Of a stretch of DNA of 64,000 nt, positions 40,630-49,800 are shown piece after piece. The notes beneath the pieces were generated by a model that was not told the DNA's origin, searched no databases, and was given only the letters and a program-made list of their open reading frames with translations. The stretch's first letter is position 1; each line of letters starts with the position of its first letter. Both the position numbers and the translations under genes were made by a program. The stretch covers positions 1,024,001 through 1,088,000 of the forward strand of contig OY969474.1 of assembly GCA_963700145.1 (NCBI GenBank), written 5' to 3'. This DNA comes from an uncultured Acidobacteriota bacterium (GTDB lineage Bacteria; Acidobacteriota; Thermoanaerobaculia; Multivoradales; UBA5704).

Positions 40630-41835
40630 TCAAGCCTCCGCGCCGACCAGCGCGAGACCAAAACCCTGACGCCCGAGCTCCTCGCCAGGAAAATCCGCAA
40701 CAGCTTCGCCGTGAAGAAGCGCGGCCGCACCGGCGGCGCCACCGGCTTCCTTGCTCTCGAACAGAAAGACGGAGCCTGCAGGGAGCACCCGCCGGAGCGG
40801 CTTGGACCGTCTCCGAGCGACATCCCACCCGCCCGCGAGAGCGAAGCCGGGCAATGCCGCCGCGACGAGACGACACGGCAGCTCCCGAGCGCCGGAGAGA
40901 TTGTCCGCCGCGAAACCGGGCGGGTAGCCGCCGGCCGCCGAGAACGTCGGCGTCGCGACGTACAACCGGAAGCGCTCCGATCCTCCGAGCAGCGGCGGCT
41001 GAGTGAACGGCAGTTGCGGCCCCGCGGCGAGCCGCGCGGTACGGCCGTCCCCGCCGAGCCGGACCTGACCCTCGGGGGCGAGCGCCGTCCCGGCGACCTC
41101 GAAGCCGATCGTCACCCCTCGGCGCAGGCGCACGTAGCCGAAGGTGTAGAGCATGTGCTCCTTGGCCATGCGGTCGCGATCATCGATGCCGAGCCCCACT
41201 CGCACCTCGTCCATCCACAGCTCCTCGGCGGAAACGAAATCCTGCGGCTCGGGCACCTGGCCAGCAGACCAGCGCTCGAAGCCGCTCGCGGTCAAGAACC
41301 ATCCAGCCGCTGACTCGGGCTCCCGCTCGGGCGGCGCCGGCCAGCGACGCCACGCGGTGCCGGTCCACTCGTGGGGCTCCAAAAGAGCGAGGGGATGAGA
41401 CCAACTGGCGCCCCCTGCCTCGACAGGTCGGAGGCGGAACACGTGGGTAACAGAAGGCGGTTCCGGTTCCTCGAAGTGTTTTTTCGCCTTCGGTGTCCGA
41501 TGGACCAGGACCTCGAGATCGGCGGGAGCCGCGAGCAGCACCTCGCCGTGCCGCACCAGCCACGGCCCGCGGAGGGCAAGGGAGCCGAAGCCGCCCCACG
41601 GCCCCAGCTCATCCACGAGCTGCCCGAGGAGACTCGACCACGTCGCGCCGTCGAGGTGGTCGAGCGGCAGTCGCGCGTCCAGCAGCCGCCGCGTGCGGAG
41701 GGCGCCGTAAAGTGTCGAGGGGTACGGCGGAAAGAGGGACCGCAGGTAGTGGTCCGCGCCCAGGCTGCTCGGCTTGCCATCGCGGAAGAACAGGATGTCG
41801 TCCGGTACCGCCTGCAGCGCTTTCCAGCTCATCAC
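40630..41835 (-). CDS. cmr3: Type III-B Cmr3 (Cas5 family)
   Basis: DILFFRDGKP, PPYPSTLYGALR, LGGDGR, GGWD, PAGSVF, GFG. Confidence 0.93.
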   Translation of the reverse strand: MMSWKALQAVPDDILFFRDGKPSSLGADHYLRSLFPPYPSTLYGALRTRRLLDARLPLDHLDGATWSSLLGQLVDELGPWGGFGSLALRGPWLVRHGEVLLAAPADLEVLVHRTPKAKKHFEEPEPPSVTHVFRLRPVEAGGASWSHPLALLEPHEWTGTAWRRWPAPPEREPESAAGWFLTASGFERWSAGQVPEPQDFVSAEELWMDEVRVGLGIDDRDRMAKEHMLYTFGYVRLRRGVTIGFEVAGTALAPEGQVRLGGDGRTARLAAGPQLPFTQPPLLGGSERFRLYVATPTFSAAGGYPPGFAADNLSGARELPCRLVAAALPGFALAGGWDVARRRSKPLRRVLPAGSVFLFESKEAGGAAGAAALLHGEAVADFPGEELGRQGFGLALVGAEA

Positions 41836-43499
41836 GCCGCCCCCGCGCCCGCCAGCAGCGCTGCGTCCGCTTCTTCCTCACGCCAGTCCCGCACCTCGGT
41901 CGCGAGGAAACGTACGATGCGCAGCGCCTGCGAGCGCCCGGAATTGAAGAACGGCACCATGAGCCGCGCGATCTCGCGCGCTGCCGCATCTCCCATTCCG
42001 CCGCGGCCGATGCGGTCCGCCAGCCAATCCTTCCACTGCTCGGGCGTGGTGAAGACGGAGGCGACGACGTCCTCGTCCTCACGCAGGTGGTAGGTGAGCT
42101 TCGAGGACAGCTCTCCATCGCTCAGCAGCGTCACCAGCTTGGCGAAATCGCCGAGGTCGTCCCACTTGATAGCCACCTCGACCGGTACCCCGCCACGCTT
42201 GTCGAGCCGCAGGGCCAGCGCATCTCTCCCGGCCTCCTGCTTCGCCTTGCGCTTGAGCAGCTTCTCGAGGTCACCGAAAAGGAGTCCCGCCGGGTGCTTC
42301 GTATGGGCGAATAGCACGGCGCCCGAGACGGTGAAGGCTTCCTCGATTCCTCCGCCCGCCAGACGGTCGCGGAGCGGCAGGAGCTCCTTCTCGTAGCGGG
42401 CGCGCAGCCGCAGGGCCAGGGGCAGCGCGTCGCGTGGGTCGCAGACGACGAGGACGTCGTCGCCGCCGGCGTAGATGAGCTGCGGCCGCTTCCCCGCTGG
42501 CACATAGCTGCCAAGTGCTTCGAGGTTGAGGTTAGGCGACTCCTGCGAGCGCAGCGAGTCGGCGAAGCCTGCTAGGGCCGAGGAGACTTCTCGGTGGAGC
42601 TCTTCGACACGCCCGTCGCGCACCAGCGCAGGTCCGCGAGAGAGGATCTCCCCCATCCGATCGCCGTCCACCTTGAGCAGGGCAAAGTAATGGAAGCCCT
42701 CGCCCCGCTCGTCCTCCCGCGGCTCGAAGTAGCGGAAGTCGGAGAACCAGGCATCCGGACAGTCGGCGACCTTCGGATAGAGACGCTTGGTGGAGCAGAC
42801 CAGGCAGAGCCGGGTCTGGTCGAGCCGGAAGAAGGCGTGGTCGCCGGAGCGGCTCTTCCTGCTCAGCGCTTCGGCCCGCACCCAGGCATCGCGCACGGTT
42901 TGCCGGATACCGTTCGGCAGCGCCGTCCGTTCTCCGCAGACTGCGCATTTCTCGCCCGTCTCCTCGATCTGTGGGAAAGGACGGAAGCGGCGCGCGGCCG
43001 TGAAGATCCGGGCCCCCTCGAGACTCGCCGCCGCGTAGTCGCCGGGCTCCTCAACCAGGCTCCACGCGATCTCGAGGACGTGGTCCGTCTGGCGTGGCCG
43101 TCCCACCTGTGGGGGATCGCTCCAGATGTCCGCGTCGATGACGAAGTCGTATCTTTCGAGCACCTTGGCGGCCGCCCCCACCAGCGCGTTCCATCGCTCC
43201 TCGACGGCCGCCCGCATCCGGGCAGCGATCTCCGCGCCTTGGCCTGCCGGGACGCGGGCGACGAAGCGGTTCGGAAGACCGGCGGGAAGCCTCGGCTCCT
43301 CCCCGGCGGCGGGCACCGGAACGAAGGGAAAGACCATGGCGCAGCCGGGCTGCGCCAGCACCACCCGGATCGCTTCCTCGATCAGACGCGACAGCACCGC
43401 ACTGCCGGTCCACAGGTCCGCCACCCGCCGCGCCTGTGCGATGAAGGTGTGGACCGGCCCGATGCGGAAGGTAAGGAGCGCGGTAGCGGGCCTTCTCAC
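41832..43499 (-). CDS. cas10: Cas10/Cmr2, HD-less, intact palm (555 aa)
   Basis: GTGA overlap with cmr1; IGPVHTFIAQARRVADLWTGS, LPNRF, CAVCG/CLVC, DGDRMG, IYAGGDD. Confidence 0.93.
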   Translation of the reverse strand: MRRPATALLTFRIGPVHTFIAQARRVADLWTGSAVLSRLIEEAIRVVLAQPGCAMVFPFVPVPAAGEEPRLPAGLPNRFVARVPAGQGAEIAARMRAAVEERWNALVGAAAKVLERYDFVIDADIWSDPPQVGRPRQTDHVLEIAWSLVEEPGDYAAASLEGARIFTAARRFRPFPQIEETGEKCAVCGERTALPNGIRQTVRDAWVRAEALSRKSRSGDHAFFRLDQTRLCLVCSTKRLYPKVADCPDAWFSDFRYFEPREDERGEGFHYFALLKVDGDRMGEILSRGPALVRDGRVEELHREVSSALAGFADSLRSQESPNLNLEALGSYVPAGKRPQLIYAGGDDVLVVCDPRDALPLALRLRARYEKELLPLRDRLAGGGIEEAFTVSGAVLFAHTKHPAGLLFGDLEKLLKRKAKQEAGRDALALRLDKRGGVPVEVAIKWDDLGDFAKLVTLLSDGELSSKLTYHLREDEDVVASVFTTPEQWKDWLADRIGRGGMGDAAAREIARLMVPFFNSGRSQALRIVRFLATEVRDWREEEADAALLAGAGAA

Positions 43500-44704
43500 A
43501 GCACCTTCTCCACGAGCTTCTTGCGGGCGAGGTCGCCAAGAAAATGGGCGACGATCGACCCCTGCTCCGGTGACGGCGGCGCCGCGGGCCTCGGGAGGCC
43601 CTTGAAGCGGATGACCTGACCGTTCGGCACCAGGGGCGCCGGTAGGTAGGTGAAAACGGCGAAGAAGCCCTCCTTGAGGTGGGCGATATGGAGCAGCAGC
43701 GGCGAGGCGCGCCGCCGCTCCTTGCCGTTTTCCTCCCAAGCGACGATCTGGTCCCCGAAGGGCAGCGGCAGACCGAAGCCCGCTCGATCCGGGACGCCCC
43801 CGGATGGCTGCCGGCGAGGTCCCGCCCAAACGTAATCCCGGTTCGCGAGAGGGGTTGTTCCCAGGGTCCTTCCGTCCTCTGGGTAGCCATAGCGCCGACG
43901 GAAAGCCATCAGCCAGGCGCCGGCTCGTACCATCGCCTCGTCCCAGCTCGTCGAGTGGACGCTCGCGACGAACACGCGGCTGTCGCGGGTGAAATAGGTC
44001 CAGTGCGCGAGGGCTCCGGAAGCGCTCTCCTGCGCCAGCAGTGACAGCCGCTTCTTCGTCTCACCGACGAACGCCTCGCGGCCGGGTAGCGCGCCGCCGA
44101 CTTCACGCAGCGAGCCGAACCCACGTCGGCTGCGCGTGCCGAGCCCACCGAGGTTGAGCCAGCACCAGAAAGCCGCGTCCCAGAGCTCGGAGCCCGCGCC
44201 GCCGCCGCGAGGCCGCCGCCAGGTGAGCCGAAGTGATGCCTTCTGGGCCGGGAGAAAGCAGGACCGCGAGAGGCGCGCCTGCCCTCCGCCTGCCGGCGCA
44301 AGGCAGCCGTAGCCCAGATAGAGCAGTGGGTTGACCGGCCACTGCATGCGCAGCCGGCTCGTGGCTTCACGCCATTCCGGAGTGCCTCGCCGAACACCCC
44401 ACTCGTCCGCCAGCGCTTCGTCGCCGAGCGGTCTTCCCCACGTGTGCAGCGACTCGGCTGCCACAGAAGCCGGCATCCCGAGCGCCCGCACTTGCAGCGG
44501 CGAGCGTGCCTCGGTCGAGCCGAAGATCTCCGCTTCCAGCCGTTTGACCTCGCCCAGGTCGCCCGCCGTCGCCCCGCCCGCGACTGCCCGGAACCACCAG
44601 CGGAGCTGCCCGCGAACCGAGGCCGCCCGCCACTCGGCCTGCTGGCGCACGCCGCCCAGAAAACAGGGCGTCACGAACTCGATCTCGAGCTGAAGCCGCT
44701 CCAT
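43496..44704 (-). CDS. cmr1: Type III-B RAMP Cmr1
   Basis: VTPCFLGG, SVRGQLRWWFRA, GGLGTRSRRGFG, FGLPL, RRASPL. Confidence 0.93.
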   Translation of the reverse strand: MERLQLEIEFVTPCFLGGVRQQAEWRAASVRGQLRWWFRAVAGGATAGDLGEVKRLEAEIFGSTEARSPLQVRALGMPASVAAESLHTWGRPLGDEALADEWGVRRGTPEWREATSRLRMQWPVNPLLYLGYGCLAPAGGGQARLSRSCFLPAQKASLRLTWRRPRGGGAGSELWDAAFWCWLNLGGLGTRSRRGFGSLREVGGALPGREAFVGETKKRLSLLAQESASGALAHWTYFTRDSRVFVASVHSTSWDEAMVRAGAWLMAFRRRYGYPEDGRTLGTTPLANRDYVWAGPRRQPSGGVPDRAGFGLPLPFGDQIVAWEENGKERRRASPLLLHIAHLKEGFFAVFTYLPAPLVPNGQVIRFKGLPRPAAPPSPEQGSIVAHFLGDLARKKLVEKVL

Positions 44705-44711
44705 CTGCCGA

Positions 44712-46697
44712 CTAAGACACGGCGCCGGCCGCTGAGGGGGAGTCGACCGGAGCGCGACGCTTCTCCCGCACCAGGAACCCGACCGTGGCAACAGTCCACC
44801 GCTCCTCCTCCTGGACCGCGAGCGGTGCGTCGCCCCGGAGCGGCCCGCCACACGCCGCCTGCCAGAGGAGGCGAGGGAGCCCTCCCTGCGGCTTCACATC
44901 GCTGCGCGCGCCAGACGCCGGCTGTTCCAACCAGGAGAGGTCCGCCTCGTGGGTCGTGGCGAAGACCTTCAGGTGCTCCACATCCGCTCGGCCGGTGAAG
45001 CCCTTGGGGAGCTGCAGCTCGATCTCGTCCCCGGCTCGCACGCCGACCAGGAGCTCGCGTTCCGGATCGAGGCCCTCGTTTGCACCCCCCACGGGGTAAA
45101 GCAGGCTGACGGCGCCGGTGAGGCCGAGGTCCAACACGTGAATGAAGAGGGGACTCGTATGACGATGGAAAATGCGAAAGCCCAGGCGCTCGCCTTCGTG
45201 GTAGACGACCCGACCGGAGCGGCTGTCGGGGCGCGCCGGGCTCGCCGCGCCGTCCGCGGCGATCCGCAGGAGCTGCACCTCGACGCAACCCCGAAGCGGG
45301 TTTCTAGGATCTTCGTCCTCGACCCGCAAGAGGTTGCGGTAGCGGGCGAGCCGCTCGAGATCGGCGACGAGCGACCCTACGGCGCCGGAGCCTGCCGCTA
45401 TCGGGAAGAAGACAGCTACCCCCTCGTCATCGACCGCCGCCCACGTGGCTGCTCCTTCGCCCAACTCGACCCGCACGTCGGCACCTTCGCCGTCGGCTAC
45501 CAGCAAGAGGAGCGGGGAGTCGCCGACTCGTCGCGCCAGACTCTTGCCTCCCTTCGCACGAAGGGCGGCCGCCGAGACGGCCACAGGCATCCGCATCCAA
45601 CCCGGGCCCTTCGCTCGCTCGACAGCCCGCGCGCCGGCGCCGATCGGGCTCGTCTCCTCGACGATCTCCGCCTCACTCGAGACCGCGTGGACACGCTCCA
45701 CGCGCGCGAGCCCCAGCGGCTGTGCGGCGCGATCGATCTCGCGCGCGCCTGACGGGTAGATGGCCCAGAGCGAGCCGGGAGTGACGCCGTGGACGGCGCC
45801 ACCCCCCAACCGCACGCGCTCAGCGGCGCGCTCGTGGACCGGCAGATACGGCGTGGGCGCGGCTGTCGCCATGCCGAAGAGCAGGCGGTCGCGCGCTCCT
45901 TCGAGCTGCGGTGTTTGACCCAAAGCGCTGGCTGCGACCGCAGCGCGCACCGGTTCGAGGAGGTCGCGATAAGTAGCGCGGGCCGGGGCCTGTTGCAACG
46001 CCTGGCAGAGGTGGTAGGTGAAAACGCTGTGCGACGGCGCCCCTGGCTTGAAGGGGAGCTCCTTCGCACGCTCCTCTTCCCGGCACGCGGCGAAGAGCAC
46101 ATAGCGATCCGCTACCCCTAGAAGACCACTAAGACCAGCGTCGCGTGCTCGCCGGGCGAAGAGCTCGGCAGGAACCGGCGACGGTGGGAGCTTCGTGATC
46201 GGCCGGGTCTCAACCGGGAGCCACTTCTCGCGTCCCTCGCGCGCGAGCGTCCCCGAGTAGCAGGTATCGACGATGATCGCGACGTTGGGCGTCACCTCGC
46301 TCATCTCCAACACCCAGGCGTAGATCTCGTCGTCGGTGATGTCCCGGAACGGGTGGGGATCCCGGCCGCCGTCGTGCGGGACGATCGACTCGTCCAAGCC
46401 GTTCGGCTCGTCGCCTTCGCGATCAGGCACTTGCGAGCCGTGGCCGCTGTAGAAGAAGACGACTGCGTCGCCGGATCGTGCGCGCATCCGCAGCGCGGTG
46501 AGCCCGTCGAGGATGGCCTTGCGGGTCGCGGCCTCGTCGAGGAGCAGCGTGACTCCGTCCTCCGGGAAGCCGTATCGCCCGCGGAGGACTTCCTCCATTA
46601 GCCGCGCGTCGTTGGCGCAGCTCCGGAGCTGGTTCTTGAAGTTCGGGTACCGGTCGATACCGACCAGTAGGGCGAACTTGCCACGCCGGCTGGACAC
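44712..46697 (-). CDS. Caspase-family (peptidase C14, metacaspase-like) protease with C-terminal DUF4384-like domain
   Basis: ALLVGIDRY, YSGHGS (His), IVDTCYSG (Cys), LFAAC, FTYHL, QTPQLEG; GTG start inferred. Confidence 0.9.
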   Translation of the reverse strand: MSSRRGKFALLVGIDRYPNFKNQLRSCANDARLMEEVLRGRYGFPEDGVTLLLDEAATRKAILDGLTALRMRARSGDAVVFFYSGHGSQVPDREGDEPNGLDESIVPHDGGRDPHPFRDITDDEIYAWVLEMSEVTPNVAIIVDTCYSGTLAREGREKWLPVETRPITKLPPSPVPAELFARRARDAGLSGLLGVADRYVLFAACREEERAKELPFKPGAPSHSVFTYHLCQALQQAPARATYRDLLEPVRAAVAASALGQTPQLEGARDRLLFGMATAAPTPYLPVHERAAERVRLGGGAVHGVTPGSLWAIYPSGAREIDRAAQPLGLARVERVHAVSSEAEIVEETSPIGAGARAVERAKGPGWMRMPVAVSAAALRAKGGKSLARRVGDSPLLLLVADGEGADVRVELGEGAATWAAVDDEGVAVFFPIAAGSGAVGSLVADLERLARYRNLLRVEDEDPRNPLRGCVEVQLLRIAADGAASPARPDSRSGRVVYHEGERLGFRIFHRHTSPLFIHVLDLGLTGAVSLLYPVGGANEGLDPERELLVGVRAGDEIELQLPKGFTGRADVEHLKVFATTHEADLSWLEQPASGARSDVKPQGGLPRLLWQAACGGPLRGDAPLAVQEEERWTVATVGFLVREKRRAPVDSPSAAGAVS

Positions 46698-46731
46698 GGG
46701 ATGTCTCGCGACACCGTTGGGTGAACCGGCC

Positions 46732-46896
46732 TCAGACCCCCTTGTCGGTGGGCTTCGGATCGTTCTGCTGGTCCGGTTCGCTGCCCTCCTGCGTGCGGGC
46801 GACCTTGTCGCCCTCCGGCTCCGCGCTCTTGTCGCCCTTGACGATGTTGTCCTCTCCCGGGGTGCTGCCTTCTTGCGTCTTGCTGGTGCGGTCCAT
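46732..46896 (-). CDS. Putative 54-aa repetitive peptide, in frame with the CHAT protein C-terminus
   Basis: GGGAGGAG RBS just upstream of the ATG at 46896; MDRTSKTQEGSTPGEDNIVKGDKSAEPEGDKVARTQEGSEPDQQNDPKPTDKGV. Confidence 0.55.
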   Translation of the reverse strand: MDRTSKTQEGSTPGEDNIVKGDKSAEPEGDKVARTQEGSEPDQQNDPKPTDKGV

Positions 46897-49800
46897 CGTG
46901 ATCTCCTCCCTGAGATCTCCCGGCGCCAGGCGCGGGAGGGTTCTAGGGTGAGAGACACGGTCGCCGAGCATCCGGGGGGGCTGGCGCCACTCGCCGGCGA
47001 GGACGAAGCCCGCCCAGTAATAGGGCGCCGCCCAGCGCGGGTCGGCGCGCAGCGAGCGCTGCGCCGACCGCAGAGCGGCGGCCGGCGAGCGGCCGCCGGC
47101 GAGCAGCTCGCGGTAGAACCGCTCCATCAAGCGTGCCGTCGCCTCGTCGTCGACGTCCCAGAGGCTCGCGAGGACGGCCGCGGCGCCCGCCTCGAGGAAG
47201 CTCTGCGTCAGCCCGACCATCCCCTCGCCCCGGACCTCCTTACCACCGCCGGTGCGACAGGCGCTCAGGACCACGAGGTCGACGGGCAGAGAGAGGTCCG
47301 CGATCTCATAGGAACGGAGGAAGCCGTCCTGTGGGCGGCCGTCGCGATCGTAGAGGGAGAGGACGAGGCCCGAGAGCTCCGGGTGCTGCGGGTGCAAGAG
47401 AGCGTGTGTGGCGAAGTGGACGATGCGGTAGCGACGCAAGCGTCCATCGATGACGAGGCTTCGGTTGGCTGCGGCGCCGGTCACTTGCAGCGTCTGCCCG
47501 GACGGCGCGAGCGCCACGATGGCCGCCGCCTCTTGGCGAGTGAACGGGACACGGGCGAAACCCCGCAGACCGAGGTCGCGCGCAGCGCGGGTCACCGCTG
47601 CCGTGCTCGCGGCGAGGCCCGCGACCACCGGGGCCGTGTTGCCGGTCGTGCGTCCGGTTCGGCCGAAGCGCTCGTCATCGCGGCTGAAGACGGGATCGGC
47701 GACGACGGCGACCAGTCCGCTTAGGGGCCGAGGCGATGCAGTCCGGCGGCGCACGGCCTCGAGTGCCGAGGCCGACGGGAGGACTACGATCTCGTGGCGC
47801 TCGACGAGCGGCCTGCCGGAGCCGCGGGGGTCCGGCAAGGCGGAGAACGGCACGCGGGCGAGAACGCCGTCGGCGACGATGGCGAGCCGATGGTCGCCCA
47901 ACCGATGCGCGATCCCGCCGAGGAGGAGCTTCGCGACCTCGGCTCCCACCAGGGGTGCCTGGGTTGCCATTCCCCGTCCAGGAGCCTTCGCCGACAGCCG
48001 AAGGAGCCGCCCGACCGCTGCTTCGACCTCGGCACGCGGCGGCAGGACGGCGCTCGCGATCTGCTCCCGCGTCACGGCCCACACGAAGCTCCGGTCCTCG
48101 CCCAGGGCGTAAACCAGAAGCAGCGTGTCGCGATCGAGGACGCGCCGCTGGATCGCCAGGCTGTCGATGACCGGCGCGACGTCACGTTCGCCGACTGCGA
48201 CTGCGCGAAGCTCGACCAACAGCTTCTCGCGCTCGAAGAGCAGCCGCCGGAGACGCGCGCCGTCGGCGCCATCGCTACGCTCTCCGAAGGCGCGGATCGA
48301 CCGCTCGACGCGCCGCAGATCGCCATCCTGGGCGAGAGCTGTGGCCACAACGCCGCTCGACCGCGCTTGAGTGAGGAGGTCCAGCAGCGTGCGGGCCCGC
48401 GCGCGCTCCGCCAGATCGAGCGCCGCGCGATCGTGGCCGACGGCCGGCTCTCGGCCGTGCAGGTCCATCGCGAGGTCGATTGCGAGCTCGTACTGCTCGT
48501 GGACGGAGGCGAGGTAGCTGGTCCGCAAGGCGCCGCTTTCGGCCCCCGCACGGACGGATTCGAGGCGAGTGAGCGCCTCCCTCAGGTCAGCGCTGGCGCC
48601 ATGGGGATCGCCGAGCGCGCGCCGCGCCTTCGCACGCCGAAAGTAAGCATAGGAAATAGCCGACGGGTCACCGAGTGGCAGGAGAAGAGGGAGCGCGGAC
48701 TCCAGCCGGCCCAGGCCCGCAGCCGGCTTTCCAGCACGAACCAGCGCATCGCCGAAGTTGCTGAGCGTGTTGGCCTCGCTCCGGCGGTCGTCCCCCTCGC
48801 GGAAGATGGCCCATGCCGCTTCGTACTCCCGCACCGCCCGGGCCGGCCGCCCCGCTTCGCGCGAGGCACTGCCCAACCGGTCGAGGGTGACGGCCTCGCC
48901 CCGCCGGTCACCCACCTCCCGGCGCAGCGCGAGAGACCAAAGGAGATCTCGCCGGCCGCGCACGAAGTCCCCTTCGAGACACCGCACCCAACCGAGTGCC
49001 ATCGCGGTGGTCGCCTCCTGGCGGCGATTGCCGCTGACGCGGTGGAGGCGGAGGGCCTGCTCCAGCGCGTCGCGCGCTTCGGGGAGTCGACCGAGGGCCG
49101 TGAAGAGACTTCCCATGTTGTGGAGCGTCGTCGCCTCGCCCGTCGCCTCGCGCAGCGTCCGCCAGTTCGTAAGCGCCTCGTCGAAGAGGAGAAGCGCGCG
49201 CCAAGGCTCGCCGGCCCTTTCCTCGAGCAGGGCGAGGTTGTTGAGCGAGACCGTCTCTTCGCGGAGATCGCCTGCCGTGCGAGCGCTCGCAAAAGCGGCT
49301 TCGTAGGAGGTCCGGGCGCGATCGGCTTCACCGAGGCGCTGGTAGGCAAATCCGAGATCGTTGTGCAGGCTCGAGACCTGCGCATCGAGGCCAAGCGCGC
49401 GAGCGCTGCGAAACGCCGCCTCCCAATGCTCCACCGCCCGTTGCATGTTCCCTTCGCGCGACCAGGCGCGACCGAGCTTCATGTGCGCCACCATGGCCGG
49501 GTAGCGTTCGCCCACGCGGTTAAAAAGCTTGAGCGCGTGCTCGTAGCGCTCGACGGCCTGCTGGCGGGCGTCCGGCTGATCGCGCGCCAGCGCCGCGTCG
49601 CCCTCGCTCACCACGCGGCAGGCGTCGGCGCGCCGCCGGTCGTCCGCAGTCGCTGGGCGCCGAGCGAGAGTGGCGGAGAACCGGCCGGCGGCGGCTTCGT
49701 TGAAGGGCCGGATCTCGAGGCGGTACTCGCCGTCCTCGTCCGCGACCAGGAAGAGGTGCTCTGGTCCGTGAGCGCCGTTCGGGCTGTCGACCGTGAGGAG

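Noticed and set aside
43500-43829. N-terminal extensions of cas10, cmr1, cmr4, cmr5, the caspase and CHAT-SAVED given by the ORF track
   Set aside because: They overlap upstream genes; starts with RBS or stop-start coupling lie further downstream.
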